Source: a virus
Lineage: Duplodnaviria > Caudoviricetes
Length of the DNA stretch: 49,793 bases
Strand: one strand, 5' to 3'
IMG/VR virus record: IMGVR_UViG_3300031820_000005
Span: 1-49,793 of that record
How positions within the stretch are numbered: position 1 is the stretch's first letter; the number at the start of each line of letters is the position of its first letter. The notes under the pieces are model-generated. The model had not been told where the DNA came from, did not search any database, and saw only the letters and a list, made by a program, of their open reading frames with translations. Below, in pieces: positions 15,752 to 25,600 of this stretch. A program made the translations under genes and the position numbers.

Positions 15752-17244
15752 AACTCATCCAAACTTCCTCCATCGGCCCCCAGACCGCTCGCTCCCCTGA
15801 GGGCCTCTGGATTTATAATGGTCTTGATTGTGCAGTTACCCACGAGGTCTTTGGTGTTCTCAACTCGCAACTTGATAGCATATCACGAGCTACTTATGAG
15901 TTTAGTCGACAGCTCCAGGCCCCGGTCCTCGAGATGGGGCTCCGTGGGGTTAAAGTTGATCAGCGCCGGCGTCGAGAAGTCATTGCCATACTATCGGATC
16001 GTCTTGACCAGCTCGAAGCCCAACTCAACCGCCTCGTCCAGGAAGGCTGGGGCTACATCGGCTTTTCCTACTCCAGCCCCGCCAAAGTCAAGGACCTCCT
16101 CTATGACTACCTCAAGCTCCCGCCGGTCCTCAAAGACGGCCAGCCAACCACAGATCGAAATGCTCTCGAAAAGCTTGAGGCTTACAATATCGCCCGACCT
16201 ATCCTTTCTCATATCAAGTCCTGCCGGGATCTCGCCAAAACTATATCAACCCTACGGACCGAAATTGATACTGATGGTCGGATCAGAACGAGTTACAATA
16301 TCGGTGGAACAACCACCGGAAGATTCTCCAGCTCTTTCTCAATCTACGGAACCGGAACCAACCTCCAAAACATAACCGAAGAGGTCAGGAGTATTTTCAT
16401 TGCTGACGATGGCATGAAGCTGGCCTCGATTGACCTCAAGAGTGGGGACGCCTTCATTGTGGGGGCCCTGGAATGGAACCTCTTCCGGGACGGAAAGTAC
16501 CTCGATGCCTGCGAGAGCGGAGACATCCACACCGCGGTGGCCAAGATGGTCTGGCCCAACCTACCTTGGACTGGCGATCTTAGGCAAGATCAAATCATCG
16601 CCGAGCGCCCTTACTATCGACATCATACTTACCGTTTTATGTGCAAGAAACTCGGCCACGGATCGAACTACGGTGGCAAACCTTATACGCTCTCTCAGCA
16701 ATCCCAAATTGAAATTTCCTTGGTTAGTGATTTCCAACCCAAGTATTTCAGGGCGTTTCCTGCCCATCTTCGTTGGCAAGGCTGGACCGAAGCCCAGTTG
16801 AAGACCAAGGGCTACCTCATCTCACTCATGGGGCGCCGCCGTTGGTTCTTTGGAAGAAGAACCGAACCCGACACCATACGAGAGGCCCTGGCTTATGACC
16901 CACAGGGCTCGCTCTCGGACATTCTCAACCGTGGGCTCCTCAACGTCTGGAGAGCCTCAATTAGAGGAGCCCCTTGGCAAGTCCTTTTGCAAGTCCATGA
17001 CTCCCTTGTGATCCAATACCCGGAGGAACTAGAAGATGAGGTCATACCCGAACTACTCCAACTCATGGCGATCCCAATCGACTTGGCCCACCAGCGCCAG
17101 ATCTGCATCCCATGCGATGTAAAGGTCGGCTGGAACTGGGGCGAGTTCGACGAGGATAACCCTGATGGTCTCAAAAAATACAGGCCAGGGGCTGACACCC
17201 GGCGGCGAACGCCTTTTACCCACGTCCTGGATCGAGTGCTTTGA
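15748..17244 (+). CDS. polA: DNA polymerase A C-terminal part: ExoIII plus polymerase domain
   Basis: YNGLD (ExoIII), TTTGRFSS, NLQNI, motif A DLKSGD, motif B RFMCKKLGHGSNYG, motif C LQVHDS. Confidence 0.92.
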   Translation: MKLIQTSSIGPQTARSPEGLWIYNGLDCAVTHEVFGVLNSQLDSISRATYEFSRQLQAPVLEMGLRGVKVDQRRRREVIAILSDRLDQLEAQLNRLVQEGWGYIGFSYSSPAKVKDLLYDYLKLPPVLKDGQPTTDRNALEKLEAYNIARPILSHIKSCRDLAKTISTLRTEIDTDGRIRTSYNIGGTTTGRFSSSFSIYGTGTNLQNITEEVRSIFIADDGMKLASIDLKSGDAFIVGALEWNLFRDGKYLDACESGDIHTAVAKMVWPNLPWTGDLRQDQIIAERPYYRHHTYRFMCKKLGHGSNYGGKPYTLSQQSQIEISLVSDFQPKYFRAFPAHLRWQGWTEAQLKTKGYLISLMGRRRWFFGRRTEPDTIREALAYDPQGSLSDILNRGLLNVWRASIRGAPWQVLLQVHDSLVIQYPEELEDEVIPELLQLMAIPIDLAHQRQICIPCDVKVGWNWGEFDEDNPDGLKKYRPGADTRRRTPFTHVLDRVL

Positions 17245-18418
17245 AGCTTACCTCGAGCCCACCTCTTCACCATCCTTGTTTAGGAGATGGGCCGGGATTT
17301 CGGCTATTGCAGGAGCGTTACAGCAGAAAGTCTGGTCATACACATCTGACTTTATCTACCCTAACCTCTACGTGGTCCTCGTGGGCCCATCAGGTGTCGG
17401 TAAGACAAGAGCCATTAAGCCAGTTGCTAAAATGTGGCGGGAAATCGACGCTCTCAGTGTTAGTCCTAATTCCCTCACCAAGGCAAGTTTGATCGACTCC
17501 CTAGCGGAGTGTCGGCGAGATATAGTGAATCATGCCCGAACCCCACCGCTAACCCAGTTCAATTCCCTCCTTTGCCCCATCACGGAGCTGGATGTTCTGT
17601 TGAAGAGCTATGACACCGAGTTCATGTCGGTGCTCACGGATATTTACGATGTGGTGCCCTATGAAGAGCGCCGAAGGGGCAAGGACCTGCACATCAAGAT
17701 CGACCGGCCCCAGCTCAATATCCTGGGCGGCACCACCCCTGCGGCCCTTTTTAGGTTCATGCCCGATGAGGGCTGGGAAATGGGCTTTGCTTCCAGGACT
17801 ATTCTCATCTTCAGTGAAGAGGCCTCCCAACAGCCGATCTTCTCCGGGAATATCCAGGGCTCTGAACGGCTCTATGAGCGCCTCTTGCATGATTTGAAGC
17901 TCATCAGCGCCGACGCTTTCTTCGGCCAAATGGTCTGGGACTCCAAAGCCATTGACCGGCTCGAAGACTGGAAGCGCTCTGGCAGCCGCCCAGAGCCAAC
18001 CCATCCAAAACTCGTGAGCTACAACAGTCGAAGGGTGGCCCACCTACTCAAGCTCTCGATGATTGCTAGTGTTAGCCGAGGGAGTGACTTCAAGATCACC
18101 GAAGGGGATTACGAAGTGGCCCTTGGCTGGCTCATTGAGGCCGAGATGTATATGGAAGACATCTTCGTCGCCAAGACTTCAGGCGGGGATACCAAGCATA
18201 TTGACGACTGTGTTCACTTCATCATCGGCCTTTGGCGAAAGGATCAGCGGCCGGTGCCTGAGCAACGAGTACAGAGATTCCTGGGCCAGAAGGTGCTCTC
18301 CATACATATCCGCTTCGTGATCGATGCCATGATAGCATCGGGGCGGGTTCAAGTCCGCCCCGATCCCAAGAACCCAGAGTACCGGCTGTTCTTGCCCAAG
18401 CTCAACGGGAAAGCCTAG
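17165..18418 (+). CDS. DUF3987-like P-loop ATPase, putative replicative helicase
   Basis: YPNLYVVLVGPSGVGKT, L.DIYD, LNILGGTTP, GFASR; start uncertain. Confidence 0.7.
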   Translation: MVSKNTGQGLTPGGERLLPTSWIECFEAYLEPTSSPSLFRRWAGISAIAGALQQKVWSYTSDFIYPNLYVVLVGPSGVGKTRAIKPVAKMWREIDALSVSPNSLTKASLIDSLAECRRDIVNHARTPPLTQFNSLLCPITELDVLLKSYDTEFMSVLTDIYDVVPYEERRRGKDLHIKIDRPQLNILGGTTPAALFRFMPDEGWEMGFASRTILIFSEEASQQPIFSGNIQGSERLYERLLHDLKLISADAFFGQMVWDSKAIDRLEDWKRSGSRPEPTHPKLVSYNSRRVAHLLKLSMIASVSRGSDFKITEGDYEVALGWLIEAEMYMEDIFVAKTSGGDTKHIDDCVHFIIGLWRKDQRPVPEQRVQRFLGQKVLSIHIRFVIDAMIASGRVQVRPDPKNPEYRLFLPKLNGKA

Positions 18419-18602
18419 GCTCTTCTCGGCCTTCCTTCAGGCCTTCGGCGTGCGATGCCTGCTTGACTTCCCTAACCAGCTCATCTTTCATCGAGTTGGT
18501 CGCCCTGTGGACCTGTTCAATCTTGCGGTTGTTCCAGAAGGTCAGAAGCGCCGTTGCGAACAGTAGGACCGAATTGAGCACTGGTATCCAATCACCCATC
18601 AC
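18402..18602 (-). CDS. Small membrane protein of lysis cassette
   Basis: N-terminal hydrophobic helix followed by a charged helix. Confidence 0.55.
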   Translation of the reverse strand: MMGDWIPVLNSVLLFATALLTFWNNRKIEQVHRATNSMKDELVREVKQASHAEGLKEGREEPRLSR

Positions 18603-18922
18603 CGCCTCACGAACTTGCCCTTGACGACCACCCCAGCCACCATGGGCACTGGCCGAGCACTGGAACTCAAGGCGGCCACCCCAACCGGAGCGGGAGCGGT
18701 GACCGCGGTGCAGATGGCATTAGCCACCGCCTCGGCGGTCTGGATCAACGGATCTCCAGCCCGAATGATATTCGCCACCGTGTTGATGGTCGGCTGATAG
18801 CCGCAGTAGGCCACCGCGTATTTCCGGGCCGTGGCCACAATCGTGTCAATGGTCGCCTGGGTCTGGGCCGCGCACCCACTGAGGTGGAGGGCCACTAGGG
18901 AAACTGCAAGCACCTTACGCAT
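18599..18922 (-). CDS. Lipoprotein of lysis cassette (spanin candidate)
   Basis: Signal peptide ending in lipobox LSGC. Confidence 0.7.
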   Translation of the reverse strand: MRKVLAVSLVALHLSGCAAQTQATIDTIVATARKYAVAYCGYQPTINTVANIIRAGDPLIQTAEAVANAICTAVTAPAPVGVAALSSSARPVPMVAGVVVKGKFVRR

Positions 18923-19184
18923 TGGGCACCACCTTTGGGCTGGGCTGGGCCGAAGCCGTGGCCGGGTCAGTTATGATCTTCTTCACTTCCGGCAAGGCGG
19001 CCACTGAAGCGATTCTGGCCGAGGTTCGAGCCGTCCAGTAACCCCAGATCAGCGGGCCAACCGCTGCGATGAGCCCAACCGCCATTGTGGCGAAGTCATT
19101 GCTCCACCACTTATGGGCCACTCCGAACCCCAGGGCGAACATCGCCAGCTGGCGAATTAGACTCATTACCTGATCGTAGTTCAT
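18915..19184 (-). CDS. Putative holin
   Basis: Two hydrophobic segments; adjacent to endolysin. Confidence 0.7.
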   Translation of the reverse strand: MNYDQVMSLIRQLAMFALGFGVAHKWWSNDFATMAVGLIAAVGPLIWGYWTARTSARIASVAALPEVKKIITDPATASAQPSPKVVPNA

Positions 19185-19668
19185 TGCCTTCTCCTTTCAC
19201 CATGGTTAGCGCTACTTTCTCCACGTCATTAGCACGGTTGAGCCAGCCCTTCTGGAAGTATGGATGGTGCAAGGCGCGGTAATGAGCACGAAGCTCTTCA
19301 GTGATCGTCTCGATCAGGTCATGGGCCTTGGCGTTGGTCCCCTCCCTGGCCCCAGCCTTGGCGAACAGCCTTGAGGCCTCTCCAGTGCCACAGTTCACCC
19401 CGATGTTGAACCACATTAGGTCCAGGCCCGGGGCCAGGCCCGGGCAGTGGGGTAGCCAATAGCTGATCCGGTAGATGTCCTGAATGTCATCAATCGAGGC
19501 GTGCCATACATCCAGACGTCGGCGCCCAGCAAGATCGAGATAGGCGTTGAATTCGTGCTGAGTGATCCCTCTGGAAGTGCGGCCGCCTGGGTCCCTTGGA
19601 TCATCATCGTTCCCGCCTTCCCACTTGAGGATCTCGTTTAGGCAGAAGTGGAAGTTCCTTTCAGTCAT
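19111..19668 (-). CDS. Endolysin, glycoside hydrolase family 108
   Basis: WEGG..DDPRDPGGRTSRGIT, Y...YW, FQKGWLNR. Confidence 0.9.
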   Translation of the reverse strand: MTERNFHFCLNEILKWEGGNDDDPRDPGGRTSRGITQHEFNAYLDLAGRRRLDVWHASIDDIQDIYRISYWLPHCPGLAPGLDLMWFNIGVNCGTGEASRLFAKAGAREGTNAKAHDLIETITEELRAHYRALHHPYFQKGWLNRANDVEKVALTMVKGEGNELRSGNESNSPAGDVRPGVRSGP

Positions 19669-22600
19669 CGCCCTGGTCCTTTCGTTGTTCCATAGCGGAG
19701 TGCCCTGGCCGCTTGGCCCAGGTTCCTGACGTGTTCCTTGCCCTGCGAATAGTTAATCGCGAACTGGCCCCAGCGCCCAGCTTGGGTCCCGCCAATGCCC
19801 CAGAGAGTGCCCACGGCTGTCGAAGCGTGCTGGAACCATTTCGGCCCATGGAAGAGCCCGTGCTTTTCAATGTCCTTGGCCACATCGGTGATGGCCTTGT
19901 AGTCGGTATTTAGGAGGGACGAAGTTGGGTCTTGGCCGCTCACTAGGGCCTGGACCAAGTCCCTAGCCCCAATCCAGCTGGCGCTCACCTGCTTCAACAA
20001 GGCCTTGCCCACCAATTTGGCCCAGCTCTCGTGCTTGTCATTGCTCAGGGGGGTCACGAGTTCTTCCACCACCGCGGGGAAGATCACGTAGTAGAAGAGT
20101 TTCGAGGTAAGCATGGGCACATCTTTGAGGGCCCCGGCTCGGTCCCCTTCCTTAAGCTTGCCCAGGGCGTCCCCGGCCTTCCAGACCATGTCCACTTGAC
20201 GATTTAGGATATGGTTGAAGAAGCCATAGAGCGAAGCCACCCACTTCATGGCCTCGCCCCCTCTTTGAACCCGAGCCCGGTCCGTTATCCCAACTGAGCC
20301 ATGGGCCTGGCGCACTGATTTCTCGGCAATGTACACTGCATCCGAATGGCTCTCCCCCTCTAGCATTGCTTTCTTGTAGGCGGCCAGCCAAGTGGGCACG
20401 GCCGAGAACATGTCGCTCTTGCCCACCCCATAGGCGCCCAGCCGGATCCACTTGTCCCGCCAGCTCTCACTTTCCTTCAAGGCCGTGTCGTGGCCCACCG
20501 CAATGGTCTCGGTCCAGTTCCGCATCCGGTGTTGGAGTTCCTGGGAGTTATCCATCGCGAACTTGGCCGACGAGTCGGCTCGTCCAGCGGTGCCGGTGAT
20601 ATCTCGAAGGGCCTCCATGAAGTTGGCGGCCCCAACCTGGTTCAAAGAATTAAGGAAGGCCGTGGGCCCGTGCTTGAGGATAGTCCCAGGATTGAAACCC
20701 ACAAGAGTCGCCACGGTATTTTGTCGGAACCAAGCGGACCACTCAGCAAACCGTTTGCCCACATCATCGGTGGCGTTTCGATAGCTGGCAATATCTTTGA
20801 GCCACGGGTTGATAAGGTCTCGATAGTCAGGGCCGAAGTGCTTTGCAATAGCCGCCCTGACGTCCTTATGAGAGAGGAGCTTCTGAGCATTGATCAAGGC
20901 CTCCCGAAAGGCAATATCGTGAATGATCTGCTTGAACTTCTGAGGCATCACGTCTAGGTTCAAGTCAATGGGCGCCACGTAGCCTGTACGCTTGATGGTG
21001 TAGCCCTTCGGCGTCGTGGCTTTGTAGTATCCGTCTTTTTCGAGAGGATCCCGTTCAATTCGTTGCTTGATGTCACTCCGTACAGGATCATAGACGAGAG
21101 GATAGTAGCCACCCTTGTACTGTTTAAAAGGCGTGTCGACCGGACGATGTTCGATGCTCTCAGGGGCGATCCCGCTGAGGCGTCGGTACATTTGATCGGA
21201 CTCGCTTTTGAGTCGGGCAAAAGTGTCCCAGATTCCTTGGACATAATCCCAATCCCCTTTCGTGGCGTGCCGATGGACAAAGTCCCAAATCATCTGGGGG
21301 TTATCGATCTTATACCCCTTGGCCAGCTTCATGAGGTTGCTTTCGTTCCCCATGTTCAGCATCACGGCCCTGAGATTCTTCCGGGTGAAGCCGGGGAGCG
21401 GGTCCCCGGTCATCGGGTCCATGAACACGGTGTTTTCCAAGACCTTGTTCAGGTCATGGCCATAGTCCTTCAGCGTCGAGAGCCTGCGCCCGATTTCCTT
21501 CTCCAGCCCATATTCATGGTTCTTGGCCTCACTCAGGGCCCGATAGGCATAGCTGTTGAACACTCCATGCGGGTCATCCCGGTCCCACCGGTCGAAGAGC
21601 TGTTCCATCTTCAAGTGGGCGGCCAGGACCACTGAGCCCAAGTCCCGAAGCTTCCTCTTGCCCAGAGGCCGGATCTTGGCCTTGAAGGTCTCCATCTGCT
21701 CCACAGCCTTGGTGGCCACTTCCCCTATCTCAGCCGCATTCTGGCCCCTGAAGATCTTGTTCTCCAGGCGCCCGTTATGGGCAAGGCTCTGCAAAGAGTC
21801 GTGAACGGCCCGGAACTCCCAGGCCTGGAGTTGGTCCATAGGGGTCCGGAAGTTCTGGTTGTAGAGTTCGTCCCAGACCGAGACCTCCTTGTATTCGCCC
21901 AGCTTCTCAGAAACAAACTCTTGAAGGGTCTTGCCCCCTAGCTCGGTGCTCAGATCTTGAACACTTCGCTTAACCCGCTGGCCCACCTGGAGCATGATTT
22001 GATGAATGAAGTTGGTGTACTCCTGGCCCACCCCGGTCACTTCCCGAGAGGCAAACCGCTTCATGAAGGCCGTGGCCTTGTCGTATTCCTTCAGGAGCTT
22101 TTTCGATTCCTTGGCAATGAGAAACGAGAGCTGTTGCCTCTGCTTCTGGCGAAGCGCTTCAGCTGGGTCACCCTTCAATAGGGTCAGCTCAGCCGCCCGA
22201 CCGGCCTTGCCTGCGTTCTGGAGATGGCCTTCAAGATCAATCGCGGCCTCAACTGGAATGAAGTCGAACTTGTCCTTAACCCAGGCCTTGAGTTCATCCC
22301 CCTTGATCGGCGGCTCTTGAAGCCCATGCTGGACGGCTAGGATCTGGATCTCCTGGGCCAGCAAATCGCTCTGGGCATCGTTCGTCACATGGTCTCGAGC
22401 ATCCTGGAGAATGTTCTCTTCCAGGTTCCCGAACCGGCGCTCCATCTGGCGCTCAACCTCCCGCTCAATGAGCCCTTTCTCATAATCGGCCTTGGGCATC
22501 TTCTTCCGGGCGTTCTGCAGGATCGAGAGGTTGTTCATCATGGCTTCCCCGGAGGTATAGCCGAAGAGGCCCGCGATCTGGTCAGGGTCCACCCCGTTCT

Positions 22601-25600
22601 TGCCAATGTATGGATCTAGATCCTTTCGCAGGGCCTCTGGAACCTTCTTTCCATCAAGCTTGAACCCACCCCGGGATTTGCCAAGCATATTATCGGCCAA
22701 GAGATCGGGCCGGTTTTGAACATTCTGGGTGACCTCGTCCCGAACTTCCTTTTCTTTGGCCCTCCACTCCTTCGATAGCTTCTTCTCAGACTTCCTGAGC
22801 TGATACTCGAGGTCTTCCTTCTTAACCGCCTCGATGGCCTTCAAGTAGTTCTTATACTGGGCCTCGGTCATGCCAAAGGTCTTGGCCTTATCCACTAGCG
22901 GCGGCTCTTGGGCCATTTCCTGGTTGTAGATACTGCCCTCAGGCTGCCGAGTCGGCTCACGGGCCCCAACCTCACCACTCTCGATCCGGCGGAAGATCTC
23001 ATTCGCATCAACTGGGCCGCCAAAGAATTCGGAAAGGGCGTCCCTAACCCGTTTGAGGAACTCCTTAATACGGTCGAAGACCCCTCCAGCCACATGGGGG
23101 CCGCCGTTCCAGTGGCCAAACTCTTCAGCAATGGACTCTTCAAGCTTTAGGCCTAGGGACGCCCCTTGGTAACGGTCATCAATATTGTGCCTGGTGATCC
23201 AGTCTTCCCGCCTGGAGGTCTCTTCAAGAACACTCCACTCCCGCTCCGTGATGAAGCCAACCTGTCGAAGGTAGTGAACCACCTCGTGCCGGCCAGTGGT
23301 GATTGAGTCTTCCCCACGAGCGGCCCAAGCAACCACCGACTTTAGAGTCTCGGGATCGATAGTGAAAACTCCACGAACAATTCGGTCCTTTGCAGTGACG
23401 TACTCATATCCGCGAATGTCGGCTCGAGGGGCCATCTTCTGTAGAATGTCATTGATCGGCCCCTGCATTTCCTCGGTCAGGCGGTTCCAGCCCTTGGCCG
23501 TGCCACGGGCCAGCAGCTGCTCAGGGGTGCCCAAGCCTTTAAGCATATCGCTGGCGGTCTCGGCCACATCCCACCCGTAGGCCGAGGCGAAGTCCTTCAT
23601 TTTACCCAGGGTGAGCTTGTTGATGTCGAGGGTGATCTTTTCCCCCATCTTCCCAGTGACGGCCCTGCCCCCAGTCACCCTGAAGCCCGTGACCCGTTCA
23701 AGTTCAGGATAGTGTCTCTTCAGTTGATAGGCCATATCCCGAACAATGGTCGGGCCCCAGAGGTTGGCCCCCTTCCAGTCATGGGTCTGGATGCCCTCCA
23801 CATAGAACTCTTTCCCGTCCTTGGACAGGCCCCCAACCATGTCGCCCACCCGACTGCCCGCGGAATGGAGTTCGAAAGTGTCGTAGCCTTCGAAGTCCCG
23901 ATTGATGTGCTTGAGTTCAATCGGCGCCCCGCGGGCTTCGAAGATCGGTTTTAGATGAGCCTCGGCCCGGGCCCTGGCGATCTCGTTCTCGTGGGTGATC
24001 TCGATCTTTGAGGGGTCGAAGACCACGTAGTTGTAGGTGGCCTCTTCGGCGGACTTAGCCCCCTGAAGCCGCCCACGCTCCTCGTCGAGATCCATCAACT
24101 GAAGCCCGATGGGCCCGCGAGCCAAAGTCGCAGTGCTGGGTTGGGCTTCTTCCTTTTTTAGGAACTCGATATCGTCCTCAATGCCTTTCAGCCGCGCCTC
24201 GATCTCAGCTCGGGTCTTGAGCCCTCTAGAGCCTTGATCGAGATAGCGGTTCCCAGCGATACCAGCCTCCTTTAGGGCCTTGGAGGCGGCCTCCCTATCA
24301 GGAGTGGAAAGTAGGCTATAGAGGACCTTGCCGTGGCTATGCTCATGCTTTGAAGTGTCCAGTACCTTCTTCAAGGTCTCTTGAACATATGGACTCTGCT
24401 CACTCAGCCGTTTATCCCAATCAAGAAAATGCTCTGGCTCGGCATCGATGCGAACGCGATAGAGGGAGCCCACCTTGTACTTGTCTTTGGCCTGATTTAT
24501 TAATTCTTCATGCTGTTTTGATAAATGATCAAGCTGTGCGTTTAGATCACGGTTCTCCTTATCGTAATCCAGCTGACTCATTCTATCCGAACGCTCATGC
24601 AGGTCTTCGAACCCGCGCATGACATCGTTCATGGCCCGCTCACTGGCCTGAAGCTTTGGTCCAAGCTCGGGGTCATTCTTGACCTGGTCCAATATCAATT
24701 TCGTTGGATCTTCATCTAGACCAGCTGTCCTGTAAGACTTAGCCACCCCTCGGCTCTCGGCAACATAATGCCCATGCCCATACGCCTGGGACCCCTCCCC
24801 TGTGCCTATGGCCTCGTCCTTGAACCCTTCGATCCCCCCATGCCTGGTCCCGTGCCAGGCATCGATCATGGCGAACTCTTGGGCCTCCGAGGCTTCCCTC
24901 AGGGTCATCCCACCTTTTCTTACCCTAATGTCCTCTTGAAGCGCCTTCGCAACTTGCGGCTCCACTTTCGCGAGCCAATCCGAGAGCGGTATCTCAATGT
25001 CTCCTCCAGTTTCTTGGGCCAGCTCAAGTTGCTCGTTAATACGCGGTACCCAACCAAGGATACCATCCTCAATTTCAGGCCCCTTTTCGCCATAAAGCTG
25101 ACGAACCGCATCAGCGGAGATAGAGATCTTTCGGTCCTGGACTTGGGAATCCACAAAGGCTTTGAACGCCTCCGGGCTTCTCTCACGCGTCTTAGATCCC
25201 TGAGCCTCTTTAAGCGCCGAGTTGAGACTCTCCGCATCGAGCTTGGCCTGCATTCCCTTGAGGGCGTCGATGTCGGGGTGCAGGCCCGTGGGCGGCATTT
25301 CCCCCCTTTCGATATACGGCTTGGCAATTGCGATCGGGTCGCCATACTTCTGGTGGACCCCCTCCACCATGTGGCCCATGCCCATTTCCCCGGCCATGCC
25401 CTGGGCATAGGTATTGATATCCCTCTGCAATTGGTTGGCCGAGGTCTCGCTCATGCCCAACTGCTTAGCGAGCTGGGCAGCGCCAGCGGCCCCACCATTG
25501 ATCACGGCCCCGGGGAGCCGGCCAAGGGCATCGAGTTCGGTGGAGAGCATGTCCATGCCCATGTCCACTGAAGGGCTTAGGCGCCTGATGTAGGAGGTAA

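Noticed and set aside
15100-15800. Group I intron or intein interrupting the polymerase
   Set aside because: The intervening ORF overlaps both flanking ORFs at stop/start codons, leaving no non-coding flanks; it has no homing-endonuclease motif, and no intein terminal motifs are visible.
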